From Macrostomum lignano (Eukaryota), in NCBI GenBank assembly GCA_002269645.1, contig NIVC01001776.1, positions 388,809 through 452,808 of the forward strand: a stretch of DNA of 64,000 nucleotides. The letters are read 5' to 3'. The notes beneath the pieces are model-generated. The model saw only the letters and a program-made list of their open reading frames with translations. It did not search any database and was not told the origin of the DNA. The position numbers and the translations under genes are program-made. Positions 39,301-52,967 of this stretch are shown piece after piece. How positions within the stretch are numbered: the first letter of the stretch is position 1; the number at the start of each line of letters is the position of its first letter.

Positions 39301-42300
39301 CTATCTGCACCCTCATTCGCATTGCAGCAGAGCAGCTTCAGCAGCGCTCACCAGCTGCAGGTGAGCAGGTCGATGGCTCACCAGAACTGGTCCGTTCGCT
39401 GCAGCGTCAATCAGTCAGGTGTGGTGTATGATGAGGCTGAGAGTCTGGAGCAGCTGCGACCGCCGATTTTCTGTGAGTGCCGAACAGTGCATGAAGCGAG
39501 TCAGCTGTGAACGCTTTGCTTGAATGCGATTTCCAATTTCACTGCAGACCCGGCAAACATTCAGGTAAATGGCAGCGTTGAGAGCTCACGACTGTACCTG
39601 GCTGTGGCTGCCTCCGATGCTCGGCCTCCGGTGTCATCTGTTGTCTGCCAGATCGCGAATTCCTCTGTGAGTGCTTGATGCGAGCCCGAAAGAGGGCCGA
39701 ATAAGCGCGCATGACATTAGCGTGCAGATGTATCTCTTTGCTATCATCTTTATCTTTTCAAAGTCAAAATGCTGTGATGAAAACGTTGCTTAAATGTTTA
39801 CGGGCGCTGACTAGAGAACCCAGGTGGTTGACTAGAGAATCCAGGTGATTGACTAGGGATTCCAGGTGATTGACTTGGGAATCCAGGTGATTGACTCCTT
39901 CCCATCTGCTTCCTAGCCAGCCCCTGAAAGCTGTAGGATAATAAGGAGACATGAGGATCTTGAACTCAATGTCAACCTGAGCACCGGAACGGAACCAAAG
40001 GCTCAGCTTCGGACCAAACTGATTCATTGGATGATCCATTAAAAATCAGGTTAAACAAAATTCAAAGTCAAATCTCAATAACTGTCCTCATCCCCAGAGT
40101 GTTGAACTGACGCGGATGCAAAACAGCCACACCTGGCAGGCAAACGGCAGCATTTCACCACCAGCATGTGCATCGCTGAATAACGAATCGAATTTTCTCA
40201 TCAACTGCACTGCTCAGCAGGACTTCAATGGCTCAACGATTATTCAAACAAGCGAACAGGTCTTTCGTAATTGCACTTCGAACGAAACGGGTAACTCATT
40301 TTTCTAACGGCAAAACATTATGTATCCACTGTTGTGACTAAAAAATGTATGCTTGAATGTTATCTAAGCATTAGTCAACTGCAGCCCTCAAAGTCATTGC
40401 CCCTGCATTCAACACAGCGCCTTAATTTCTGGATGCACTTGTAGAAGCCCTCCATCGAGATGCCTTGTAAAACCCTTGTCTCGTTGTTCTTTAAGTCTTC
40501 CTGGTCTTCAGGTCGTGATCCTTTGAGAGCCTGCTTCAGCCAGAGATATCTAAACTGTTTTGTGCGCTGGTGCGTTGTCGCGATGCAGCAACCGGGCATT
40601 GTTGCCCCACTGTTAGCGTCGCATCCTCAGCATAATCCTCTCGAGGACTTCACGATGAAAGTGCTTGCTGATTCGCAGTTTACTCCTGTGGCACAAGCTC
40701 ATGATGGATGAGACCCCGAATACAAATATCATATTTTGTCTACCTACAGTCAGTAGGGGTTGTAGCCTAGCGGTTGGAGCGTCGGACTGAAGGTCGGGGG
40801 TTCGATTCTCGATTTCGATTCTCGACTCGGAACAATTTGTGTCATTGAGCAAGACACTTAACTCTGCATTGCTTCAGTTCACCCAGCTGTAAAATGGGTG
40901 CCAGCATTAGCTGGGATAATTGAGGCTGTGTGTGGCGACCCCCCAGTCCTTGGACTGAACAGCCGTACGCAGCCTTCAGATGCTGAGCTGTCGGTTGCAC
41001 ATCTGCCCATTGGGGCAGTTGTATCAATTATTATTACTATTATTACAATCTGTCATTCATACTTAGCGCTTGGAAACGGATGTTCTGTTTAGCTAGGGAA
41101 AATCAGTTATGATTTACATGCAAATTAATTATAAGGCTGGCTGAATTGTAGGCGGATGTCTGATAGCGAAATGTCTACAGATATTTATCACTTAGAAACT
41201 ATACAGATTCTTCCAAACCAATCCAAAACAGGCTTTCAAGTTGACTTGGACTCTTTTGGTAACATTTCTGAAGGCTTCGGATTAGCATGGATTGTCATTG
41301 GCAGTTTTCTGCTGGCCACAGCCCTGGCTGTCACCGCTGCTATCCTGTTGATTAGGAGACGAAAACCGCCAACCAATCGCGAGCCGCAGGAGATACCAGA
41401 TCGACCTGCTCCGCAAATTAGCGGCTCTGAGACCGGAGTACAATATGCCAACCTGCCTTCGAAGGTGCGTATTATTGCTGTAGCTTTCTTGCTTAACTAC
41501 GAGTATGAGAATGTGTTATTAATAATGAGATCTAGTATTTTGAGCGATATAGCTATGCTGGTTTTCAAACTGAAGCATAGAGAAAGCCACAGCCAAGTTG
41601 CAATTGATCGAAATAATTCAGTGAATAAGTTTAAGACGCAATAATACAGATTGGATGATGTGAAAGCATTTTGGTAGGCAGCATTTGAGAATGGGTTCGT
41701 AGAGGCAACTATTTTGGAGCGAGCAGATTGCTCAAATAGCGGGTCTATGAGAATTTCCCGCAGCGAGGTTTTCCCCCCGAGTTTTCACCGCCGAGTTTTC
41801 CCCACCGAGATTTCCCAGCCGAGTTTTCCCCGCCGAGTTTTCCCCGCTGAGATTTCCCCGCCGAGTTTTCCACGCCGAGTTTTCCCCGCCGAGTTTTCCC
41901 CGCTGAGATTTCCACGCCGAGATTTCCCCGCCCAGATTTCCCCACCGAGATTTCCCCGCCGAGTTTTCCCAGCCGAGATTTCCCCACCGAGATTTCCCCA
42001 CCGAGATTTCCCAGCCGAGATTGCCCCGCCGAGATTTCCCCGAAACTGGAAACATCTGGAGAGCAAAAAACATCCTATTAAAAATATAATGCTGTTGATG
42101 CGATCTGCAATCATGGAAACTCTTCTCTACGCCTGTGAGAGGTGAAAAATAGAGCTAGAGAAGAAAGCTGAAAGGTGACTGAGAGCTTTCGTGATGAAGA
42201 CGTACAGAAAAATGCTGGTCATTTCCTGGTAGGAAAAGAAGACTAACGGCTGGATTAAAAGGGACCGCTTCTTCGTTGCAAGAGTGCTGCAGGCTGTGGT

Positions 42301-43311
42301 TCAAGGCGGTGTTGAGGGACGAAGTGGCGGAGGCAGGCCGCATGGTAACTGGGCAGGTACTCTGAAGGATTGTACTGGAGAGAAGATGATGCAGCTGAGC
42401 ATTGGATAAAAAGGATGTGGAGAGTCGCTGTCGAGAAATGGGTGCACCAACAGCCATTTATGGCTACGGACCTGATGATGACCGGCGAGGTGCGCATTTG
42501 TCGACTGTATGCTTACTGACGGCGCTTATATTCCCTTTGTGATGACTTCGAATGGAGCGAATCCCGATTGCGAGGGGTGTATTTCAAGCATTTGCACTGA
42601 GAACGTGTCTCCTGCATGAGTGGCAGACAGAAGTAAGACAGTGTCCAGATTGTGGGAGTCGAAGTTTCCGTTTTAATGTATTTATGGGGTCCTGAGCCCC
42701 AACTTGATTCAGGCGTGCTGCTGTGCGGTTTGAAAGATACTGACAGCAACAGATAGACGACAGTGCATGCATAGCAAAGAGGGAGTGTTCAGAGGGCAGT
42801 AAATCAGTGAAGAGAACAAACAGGCTGCTCGCAGTTCAGTCGATGAGGTATCAGACCCCATGGCGCAGGCTGCGGAGGGAGCCACAGTCCAGGCCATTGC
42901 ACCCTTGTTGCTGCTTGAGTGCGGCTCTTAAATGCGACTTACAAGTACAGCTGTAAGTGGTGTATTTAAGGGGTTACCCGCTGAGGTCATCCTTCAATCA
43001 GAATCTTCCCAACATCGTAACCATCTTTACAAGCTATCTATCATCGCGCGTTAACTCCGCAGTGCGTCCCCAGATTCGTTGCCGTGGTCTCCGTAAGCTC
43101 GGTTGAATCTTCCAGCTCGGATGAGGAGTCCGACGAAGGCAGCGAAGGCCCTCTGCTGCAGGAGCGGCTGTACACCCTGGCGGTTGGGCACTATGAAAGC
43201 GATGGGAGCACCTTCGTGCCGTACAATGGCGGCCAGACAGGAGCTGATGAAGAGCTGATGCACAGCCAATTTGAGCAGACCGATCTGAGAGCAGAACCGT
43301 TTAATATTTGA
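36355..43311 (+). CDS. Host multi-exon type I membrane receptor-like gene B
   Basis: Signal-peptide exon MNRKLWNLLLLLLNLRVAES (36355), phase-compatible exons (36527-36715, 39076-39242), TM exon FGLAWIVIGSFLLATALAVTAAILLIRRRK with VQYANL (~41220-41465), and an acidic Tyr-containing tail (~43084). Confidence 0.6.
36791..37392. repeat. 39-bp intronic minisatellite, about 15.5 copies
   Basis: Same unit as 3151-3440, in the paralogous intron. Confidence 0.95.
38845..39060. repeat. 15-bp minisatellite, about 14 copies
   Basis: Unit CCAGCCACCCCTCAC. Confidence 0.95.
40756..41045 (+). mobile_element. tRNA-derived CORE-type SINE
   Basis: Same family. Lacks the GCGCAATAGCTGCGG segment. Confidence 0.85.
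41750..42045. repeat. Degenerate 15-16-bp repeat
   Basis: CCGAG(A/T)TTTCCCC-type units. Confidence 0.85.
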
Positions 43312-43475
43312 AGACTGAAAAATTTTAATATAACGTCATGTCATCTGGTCAGGCTCTTCCCATCTCTTCAACTTTCAATTGACTGATTCTCTAATTGAAA
43401 GTTCAACTTGTAACTGCCAAGTTGTAATTCAGCTTCCAGTCACATATTTATTAGCTTTTGTATCTTTATTGTAAG

Positions 43476-43780
43476 TTTGTACAGCCTAGTGGTTAGAGCG
43501 TCGGACTCAACGACTTGAAGGTCTGGGGTTCGATTCCTGATCCCACTGGAACAATTTGTGTCCTTGATAAAGACACAAAACTCTGCATTGCTTCAGTTCA
43601 CCCAGCAGTAAAATGGGTGCCAGCATTAACTGGGGTAATTGAGGGTGTGTGGCGACCCCCCAGTCCTTGGACTGGACAGCCGTACGCAGCCTTCAGACGC
43701 GCCGCGCAATAGCTGCGGCTGAGCTGTCGGTTGCACATCTGGCCCAATTGGGGCAGGTGAAATCAATTGCTATTATCATT
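43476..43780 (+). mobile_element. tRNA-derived CORE-type SINE
   Basis: Same family. Confidence 0.85.
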
Positions 43781-44246
43781 GTACAGCCAAACAGGGCCTT
43801 CGATTAAATTTCCACATTTATCGAATTGAGACGTCCTCTTTTAACCTATTAATTTAGCCTCCTAGTGAAATCATTCCCATTCTACCTGCAATTTGTGTTC
43901 GTTTGTTCATATTTTATCAAAGTTGTTTCGCTGCCCAGTTATTCTGCTTTCAGTTACTCGGCATGTACAGTAAGAGAGAGTCAAGTGTTTTTTGAAAAAA
44001 TCTTTTGAATTTAAACGGATTGAACGATCCTTTACTGATTATAAAATATGAAAGATTATATTTGGAAACGTATTGTTCTACATATTAGTTGTGTGGCGGT
44101 GGTGACTGCATGCGCTGCATGTACTACTCAATAGTAAATCTCTAAGTGTCTTGTTCGCTTTGAATTTTTGTTTACTCTAGTACTGTAAGTAGAACGTTTT
44201 TGTACATTAGTGCTAGAAATTAAAAAATCAAGAAGAAAATTGAAAG

Positions 44247-44987
44247 GGGCTTTAGCACCAAGGGGCTTTAGCACCAAGGTGCTTTAGCACCAAGGGGCTT
44301 TAGCACCAAGGGGCTCTAGCACCAAGGTGCTTTAGCACCAAGGGGCTTTAGCACCAAGGGGCTTTAGCACCAAGGGGCTTTAGCACCAAGGGGCTTTAGC
44401 ACCAAGGGGCTTTAGCACCAAGGGGCTTTAGCACCAAGGGGCTTTAGCACCAAGGGGCTTTAGCACCAAGGGGCTTTAGCACCAAGGGGCTTTAGCACCA
44501 AGGGGCTTTAGCACCAAGGGGCTTTAGCACCAAGGTGCTTTAGCACCAAGGTGCTTTAGCACCAAGGGGCTTTAGCACCAAGGGGCTTTAGCACCAAGGG
44601 GCTTTAGCACCAAGGGGCTTTAGCACCAAAGGGCTTTAGCACCAAGGGGCTTTAGCACCAAGGGGCTTTAGCACCAAGGGGCTTTAGCACCAAGGGGCTT
44701 TAGCACCAAGGGGCTTTAGCACCAAGGGGCTTTAGCACCAAGGGGCTTTAGCACCAAGGGGCTTTAGCACCAAGGGGCTTTAGCACCAAGGGGCTTTAGC
44801 ACCAAGGTGCTTTAGCACCAAGGTGCTTTAGCACCAAGGGGCTTTAGCACCAAGGGGCTTTAGCACCAAGGGGCTTTAGCACCAAGGGGCTTTAGCACCA
44901 AAGGGCTTTAGCACCAAGGGGCTTTAGCACCAAGGGGCTTTAGCACCAAGGGGCTTTAGCACCAAGGGGCTTTAGCACCAAGGGGGC
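44247..44987. repeat. 16-bp minisatellite, about 46 copies
   Basis: Unit GGGGCTTTAGCACCAA. Confidence 0.95.
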
Positions 44988-46402
44988 GCAAAGTCAGCGG
45001 ATAATCACCTATTACATGTGTTTTTGCCAGCCTATTTGTGGGCCCCTTGCCCATCGCCCCTCGCCCCTTCCTTGCCCCTTCCCGGGTGCCTTCACTGGCT
45101 AAGAACAGTTTACCTCTTTTAAAATTAATTTACAGGTGACCAGCTGAGACTGATCATTTAATCACAAAAGATTAAGAAACTATTAAGTATTAGCATATAA
45201 GAAACATATAAGAAGCATATAAGAAACTATTAAGAAAGTATTAAGAAACTATTCCATTGTCATTCCAGCATCCAGGTTTCCATTTCAGCATCCTAGCTGT
45301 CCTGGTTTCCATTCTAGCACCCTGTTGTCTATTTCGGCATCCGAGCTATCACGCAAGAAATAATTGTGCGGAGAATACTCTGGGCTTTTTATTCTCTGTC
45401 TGAGACGATAGACGTCGAAGACATCGTACAGATACTGAGTCTGTATCTTATTACTTGCAGTTTAGCAGATACAGGGTTTAGTAATCATACAGTTATTTTT
45501 ATGTCAATATTTACGACCTGAAATTTGATGCAATTATCAGAATCAGATCAAATCAAACATTTCTTAAAACTAGCCAGCAATTCTTAGGAGATTTCTTTAG
45601 AAGTTCTGGGCCTCTTTTGAAGTGGTGCTTAATTTTTGTTGATACAATGTTGAGAAACCTATACGCGTTCATACAGCTGCAAAACTCCGATCGCTTGGTT
45701 GCGAAAAACTTAGGGCCTTACAAAGCGCAAAAAACGAGTTCCTTTTTAAACGTGCAGTGCTGCCTGTACTCAGTTGCACCGTGCAATACCAACCAAAGCG
45801 TACACTTTGGGGCGTACACCCTGTTTCACTCTACTTTGCGATATTTCTTTGCTGACTAACACAGTGCGAGCCATGTAGAGTAGGCATTGCGCCTTTTAAC
45901 TGGGCGGCAACTGTGTGCGCATGCACTGTACTCACGTTTTCTTTGAATTTCAAGCATAAAAAACATTACAATTCTGGATTTAGCCGGAAAAGCCGTGGAA
46001 TAGCCTTGTACGAGTATTGAATGCGTGCTTCACTGCAGGAAAAATCCACGGAAAATCCGTGGACTTCACTTGGTCTTACCACAGAGTTGCCGTGGCTTTG
46101 CCTGTGTGTGTAGAAATTGTTTTTCACCCTCGATTCTGCTGCAAGAAGCGCTGAAACTTCTCTTGGTGAGTGGAATTGTACAGGCAAATTTAGCTTGCTG
46201 ATGAATGATGTTTGAATTCAATAGATGCAATGACTTTTCGTAATATAACGTATAGCTACAAGGGTCATTAGATTCTACGCTCGTAAGAAATTCACTGGAA
46301 TATATTTATGCTCAGGTAAGTTGTCTTACTAGATACAACATTGTATTTAAAATAAAAAACCTCAAATATAGACGCTATCGATCAAAAGCCTCATGGATGA
46401 AA

Positions 46403-46588
46403 GGGGCGCCAGCACCAAGGGGCGCCAGCACCAAGGGGCGCAAGCACCAAGGGGCGCCAGCACCAAGGGGCGCCAGCACCAAGGGGCGCCAGCACCAAGG
46501 GGCGCCAGCACCAAGGGGCGCCAGCACCAAGGGGCGCCAGCACCAAGGGGCGCCAGCACCAAGGGGCGCCAGCAGCAAGGGGCGCCAG
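46403..46588. repeat. 16-bp minisatellite, about 11-12 copies
   Basis: Unit GGGGCGCCAGCACCAA. Confidence 0.93.
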
Positions 46589-46979
46589 AACTTTACAAGC
46601 CAGTGTGTCTTAGTCTTTCTGCCATGCAAGCAGAAGACAAAAGAAAAATACAGCTTGTTAATGAATTTTAGAAAAAAGGATCGTTCAGCACAGACCAGAG
46701 AATCCCCTTGTACGAGCGTACTTGCTTGCACATGTAGATGGCACTCTACAGATGTGTTGCTAAAAATAGCTTCTGGGGTTCGCCTTGCGTACATGGTTTT
46801 GAGGGCAGCGTCCAGCTGGCACAAGCAGGCAGGTGACGTATCGCGGGTTTGCGTCTTGTCTCCAGCCTGCTGGCTGACGCTGGCTACCCTGATTCGGTCG
46901 GCTTCTTTGCGACTTGTACCGCTACCGTCAAAGGACTCTGACAGCGTATCTTGTTGTTTCCTTGCGACGCCGGGAAATC

Positions 46980-47520
46980 TTGGAATGTAGAATTTAAGGT
47001 ATGTATAATTTGGGGAATGTAAAATCTTAAGAATTTGAAATCTTAGGAATGTGAAATATGAAAGAATGCAAAATCTGGGATTGTGAAACATGGAGAAAAG
47101 CAAAATCTGGGGAATGTGAAATCTGGGGAATGTGAAATCTGGGGGTGAAAAATCTGTGGAATGTAAAATTTGGGGAAAGTGAAATCTGGGAAATGTAGAA
47201 TTGGGGAAATGTAAAATCTGGGGGAATGTGAAATCTGGGGGAATGTGAAATCTGAGGGAATGTAAAATCTGGGGAATTTGAAATCCGAGGGAGATATGAA
47301 ATCTGTGGAATGTAAAATTTGGGGAAAGTGAAATCTGGGAAATGTAGAATTGGGGGAATGTAAAATCTGGGGGAATGTGAAATCTGAGGGAATGTAAAAT
47401 CTGGGGGAATGTAAATCTGGGGGAATGTGAAACCTGAGGGAATGTAAAATCTGGGGGAATGTGAAATCCGAGGGAGATATGAAATCTGGGGAATGTAGAA
47501 TCGAGATAATGTGGAACATA
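46980..47520. repeat. Degenerate GGGAATGTGAAATCT repeat within a dispersed repeat (related tracts at ~54420-54620 and ~56760-57010)
   Basis: Recurrent GGGGAATGT(G/A)AAATCTG units ending ...CCCTAAAGTTCTAGCTAAA. Confidence 0.8.
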
Positions 47521-48971
47521 CCCTAAAGTTCTAGCTAAACTTTTCCACCAAAAAGAAAAAATGAGAGCAACAAAACTATTACTCATGCTGTTTCTGCACC
47601 ACAGCACTTTTAGCTCGCACTGCTCGCAGTTGTTAAACTAAACTAAACTAAGAATTCATAAACACATTCTGAAAACCGTTGTGAACCCCTACAGAAATTT
47701 TAGTCTCTTAACTTAGACGACTGGAACATCGGCCAGACCCAATGTCACATGCTTGTAATCATTCCCTGCAGTCTACTGCTTTGAGCTAAACAGTAGGCTT
47801 ATTATTTACGAGCTATTTGTGGGATCTGTATGCATGCAAATTTGTTTATTTCACCATCTTTCGAAAAAAATAAATAAAGAACTCTAAAGTTCTCTGTAAA
47901 ACTGAAGTTCTCTTTTTTGTACAGCACTGGCGTTAGGCGGTGTACAGAGAACAGTGCATGCTTGGTCGGGAAGCATTTGCACGATACAGATCGAGCGTGC
48001 GTCCTCTGCTTCTCTTTCTTCTCTTTCCTGGCATGCTACGTACAGAAGTGTGGTGGGCAACTGTGCGCACGCATACGGACCCCATACTCCTACCCTATTT
48101 AAACAATTCTACTGACTGAATTTTCATGGAAAAGCGGAAAAGCCGTGGGTTTTACTTGGATGTGACTTGGATCTGCCACAGAGTTACCGCGGCTTCGCCT
48201 GTAAAATCATGGGTTTTCCACGATGCTTCTTTCCTAACTTTTCTTGTATAAAATCCGCAGGAAGCTGGAGTTGGCCCACATCTCTTGGTGAGTATGAGTC
48301 CACATGGACAGTGAGTTGAGTTTTGTGCACATTTAGTTACCAATGTGCACAAAAGTTTTTAAGAAATTTTAGCATACTTTGATGGCCATGTTAAAGAGTC
48401 CCTTCTGTCAAATGATATTTTTAAGGAAAGATAGAAGGAAGCAAAAATAGTCAAGAATGTTAAACAAAATACTTTTTGTTCCCACAGAATTTTCTACCAT
48501 CGTTCGATTAACAGACATTCTCGTTATCGAGTCCTTAGTGGCTGTGTGTGTATTGTATTTCTATTGCTAAATGGTTTTCGAATTAAACGTACATTGGGGT
48601 TCATCAGAGTCACTAGAATGTAATTTTGCTCATGTAAGTCAGAGAAAAGGCTTGGTCTGTCTCAGCAGATGTAATTTTATATTTAAAATCAAATAAAAAG
48701 TCAAATCTGGACGCTTATTCCATATGAAATTCCTTGGTTGGGTTAACTAAAAGCCAAGTTGATTGTGTCACTACATCCGGGTACTAAAACACTAAAATAC
48801 TTAAATTAGAAGTAGGCTCGTACGTGTACAAGAAGTTTGATGGCATTTACGAATATCCAGCTTGTTCGGCAATTTCCCGTCTTTACCCATAAATGCTGAG
48901 CGCGGGACACAGAATCTCCTGCATGCAGCGTCCACCTCACATCGCGTTTTTAGGTGCCGGAAGTGAGCGAA

Positions 48972-51900
48972 ATGCGGCTGAATCTGCAGATAGTGATGGG
49001 CAGAAGCCTGGCGACTCTTCTGCTGCTGTCTGCCACACTTCAAATGTGAGTCATGCGACGCTCAATTTCTTACACCAGCTGGGATTCCTGTTGCGGAATC
49101 CGGTTTTTGCTTGGGGTGAATCATACAGATTGGGTCATCATACTGATTGGGTCATCATACTGATTGGGTCATCATACTGATTGGGTCATCATACTGATTG
49201 GGTCATCATACTGATTGGGTCATCATACTGATTGGGTCATCATACTGATTGGGTCATCATACTGATTGGGTCATCATACTGATTGGGTCATCATACTGAT
49301 TGGGTCATCATACTGATTGGGTCATCATACTGATTGGGTCATCATACTGATTGGGTCATCATACTGATTGGGTCATCATACTGATTGGGTCATCATACTG
49401 ATTGGGTCATCATACTGATTGGGTCATCATACTGATTGGGTCATCATAATGATTGGGTCATCATACTGATTGGGTCATCATACTGATTGGGTCATCATAC
49501 TGATTGGGTCATCATAATGATTGGGTCATCATACTGATTGGGTCATCATACTGATTGGGTCATCATACTGATTGGGTCATCATACTGATTGGGTCATCAT
49601 ACTGATTGGGTCATCATACTGATTGGGTCATCATACTGATTGGGTCATCATACTGATTGGGTCATCATACTGATTGGGTCATCATACTGATTGGGTCATC
49701 ATACTGATTGGGTCATCATACTGATTGGGTCATCATACTGATTGGGTCATCATACTGATTGGGTCATCATACTGATTGGGTCATCATACTGATTGGGTCA
49801 TCATACTGATTGGGTCATCATACTGATTGGGTCATCATACTGATTGGGTCATCATACTGATTGGGTCATCATACTGATTGCTAAGGGTAAAAGCAAAAAA
49901 AACAATTTTACTAAAGTTTCGATGTCATTTCTTTCATTTCTAAAATCTCTTAGCTACTCACCACAATGCCACAAAACTAAGTATTTAATATTTTGCGTTT
50001 ATCTAACCTAAGATCATAAATAGGGTGCGTCTGCATTAACTTTCAACACTAAATTTACCACACCAAATCTACTGTCCCGCCCATTCTTCTTCAGAGCTCT
50101 GGCAGGCAACCAGTACTGCTATCCGCGTGGCAACACCAATGAGTTCCAGCTCAGCCTTGAGTTCACTGAAGATCGAATCATTCCTAAAACTGACGCGGAC
50201 CCTGTGCCTGAGGAAGGGCTCAACTGCAAATGGAAGATTCTGACCGACCATCTTGGCAATGCCGTTGTGGTTCTGACTGGCTTTGACACGGAGGCTCACG
50301 TTAAACAGCAGAGGTGGACACGATCTGTGGATTCAGCAGAACAGCATCAACTGATGCGATACGAACTGCACTCGAAGGCTTCGGACTGTAAGCAGAGCGC
50401 TCTGAGCACAGTTAAATATGTAGTTAAATTATTGATTTTCAACTTCCAGTTCTAACCATATCTGTGAACGAGCAGTTAGTGGTTTTTGTCCCATGCTGCT
50501 GACTGCTAGCTTGTGCTCTATAAAACCAGCCAAATGCATTCATTCTTACCCTGCCAACACAAATCCCAATGCATATACAGCGACTTGCTCGTCGCCTTCA
50601 ACAAGCGAGCCAAAGCCAGTGGAGCTGGAGATGCTGCGCGTGCTGCAACTGACGAAAGGGTACGATAGAGCTGGTCCGTTTCTGAAAACAATTTTATTAA
50701 ATCAATTTCTTACTCGAAACTAATCAGTGCACTCTACATAAAACTGCAGGAGCTACCTGACGGTCTCATTCTGGCTGAATCGGAGAAGCTCAGCGAATAT
50801 CCCGGGTCTACAAATTCGCCTGATGGAGCCGGGATTCTGCGGCAGAAGCATGACTAATTTTGAGAGCAACTGCTACACCACTGGATCGGTTCGTCGGAAC
50901 CTGACTGCTGAGCTGGCTGCGATGAGCGCTGACAGCGGAGTCATGAGGCTCGCCAGCTTCAACAGCTCCGCGGCTCTGCAGAACTTCGTCAAAGAGAGTA
51001 AGCTGGAGTGAGCCGGTGGCTTTTTAAACACTTAGCGGAACGAAAAAAAATGTACGAATTACAAGTAAATAAAGACTATACATCTTAAAACAGGGATGAG
51101 TACTGCTATGTTAGTGAATTTCCCTCAATATATTATGTCAGGAATGGATTAGGGATAAAAACAAAGCCATCCCTGCAATAGCACAATAAATGACACTATA
51201 AAAAGTTTATTTAAATTGCAATCAAATTAAGTAAAATACTTTATTCCTTTGCTATTGAATTTAATGGCCCCTGAGTATGAGTGCGAATGAGCCTTTCCCT
51301 GAGAAATTCCCTGAGGTATTCCGACGGTTAATGTCCGTGCTTACAGCTTGCATTGAATCAACTTGAAGTCTATCACCAAATTTTAGAGTACGGAAAAATT
51401 TCTGGTCAAGAAAGCTGGTAAATTCATGTCTTGTACCCGTCATATCAATACCAAACCAATATTAAAAGCTAATCACAACGTAACAGCGCAGGTAAGAAAG
51501 AATGCATGTGTAGCCTAAAGTTTTGCCTTGACAAGTGCATGGCATAAAGTGCTGCTGTGTATCCATCAGATTTGAACAATTGCTCAAAAATGCTCATTTT
51601 CGCCACTGAAAAAAACTTTGTCACCAGATTACCAATCATAATCAAGACAATGATTAAGAGGTTTAATCACACTCTGTAGGTAATTTAAGCCGAATTAATT
51701 GGCGAATTTTCAAATTAATTAATAATAATTAATGCAAATTAAAAACTGCATTTCCAAATACGCTCTTATTTCAATAAAGTTTTCAAGTTAAAAACCGTCG
51801 TTTTATTTGCTGTTGCATCTCATACCCCAAGCTCCTAAGGCCTAAGTTACATAATTTTTGCAATATGCATGCTTCAAACAGCATCAATAATATGGCCCAT

Positions 51901-52967
51901 GATACCAGATAGCGCCATAATCAGAAACATAAAGTTGTCCTGCACTTACTTTTATATCGATAGTTTTCATATTATTATCGAATAATATTCACAAGTTTCA
52001 GGCCCACAAAGCCGTTATGTCAAACCGCCGCAAAACCCACAATAGGAGCAGTAACGCACGAGAGATGTACCGGTAAATTCCACGCCTGCAGTAACTTAGA
52101 AATGGCTTTCGTTGCCAGCTTATTGAACGCATGCAGTGTCCTTTACTGAACATCGCTGTTTACCTTGGGTTGTAGACCGCACACCTTAACTTTTGCACAA
52201 TTTCACTCCCCTTGAACACCGGCTTCAGGCCAGCGAACTCGCGTCGGCTCCGGCCTGAGCACCCGCATCAAGGAGCCGCTGAATCTCGCACAGAGGCTTC
52301 GCATCGGACTGTTCTATGAGCACAGGACCAAGAAAGTCTTCTACCTGAACTGCGGGGCAGAAGGCTGCAAAATGGCTGAGTTCGAGGATGCTGATAAGCT
52401 GTGAGTTTCTTAACTTGAGAATTGCAGTTTATCTGCTGTCAGAACAATTGGCTCGCTAATTAAATCAAATTTCACAACTCTTTACACTTTAATTCCAGAA
52501 ACCATACCGTCCAGAGTACGAACTCCTCAGTCTACTGTGGTTCACTCAGAGCTGTCAATCTTACCATTGATGGTGAGGTACTCGGGCTGGTGAGCTTTAC
52601 GGACTGCAGTGAGCAGCTGCCGGCTCTGATCAGCTTCCCGGATGCGGCCAGAAACAGATGCGGAGACTCGAGCCAACCTGTGCTCAACTGGATGCTTGCG
52701 GCTGCCCAGCCGGCTGCGGAAGAAGAGCAAACAAGTCCCAGTCCTGAACGGATGAGGCTGATTATGGTTCAATTTGTGGCTGCTGGTTTGATTCTATTGT
52801 TATTTCTCTCTACTTTAACGCTAATTTTTATGAAACAACTGCAATGCCTTCAACGTGAAGCAGCAGCTTCGCCAAAGACGGTCCCAAGCCCCGTTGAAAA
52901 AGGAGGAGGGCCTGAGGGGGCCTGCCAATCCGACGCCCAAAAACCTCTGGTTCATTCTGCGCCTTAG
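48972..52967 (+). CDS. Host CUB-like / C-type-lectin-like single-pass membrane protein, copy 1 (multi-exon)
   Basis: Exon 1 MRLNLQIVMGRSLATLLLLSATLQ (48972-49045) joins in phase to 50095 (YCYP...CKWKIL...VVLTGF). Later exons read LTVSFWL...GFCGRSMTNFESNCY...LASFNS, LRIGL, YCGSL...DCSEQL and a TM FVAAGLILLLFLSTLTLIFM. Confidence 0.65.
49125..49881. repeat. 17-bp intronic minisatellite, about 44 copies
   Basis: Unit GGGTCATCATACTGATT, nearly invariant. Confidence 0.96.

Noticed and set aside
46375-47607. 410-aa ORF and other long ORFs over repeats (38843-39185, 41714-42145, 46393-46990, 47043-47519)
   Set aside because: These are stop-free by-products of short tandem units, with low-complexity translations.
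30613-49881. Tandem arrays as CRISPR arrays
   Set aside because: Units abut with no unique spacers, no cas genes are present, and the context is eukaryotic.
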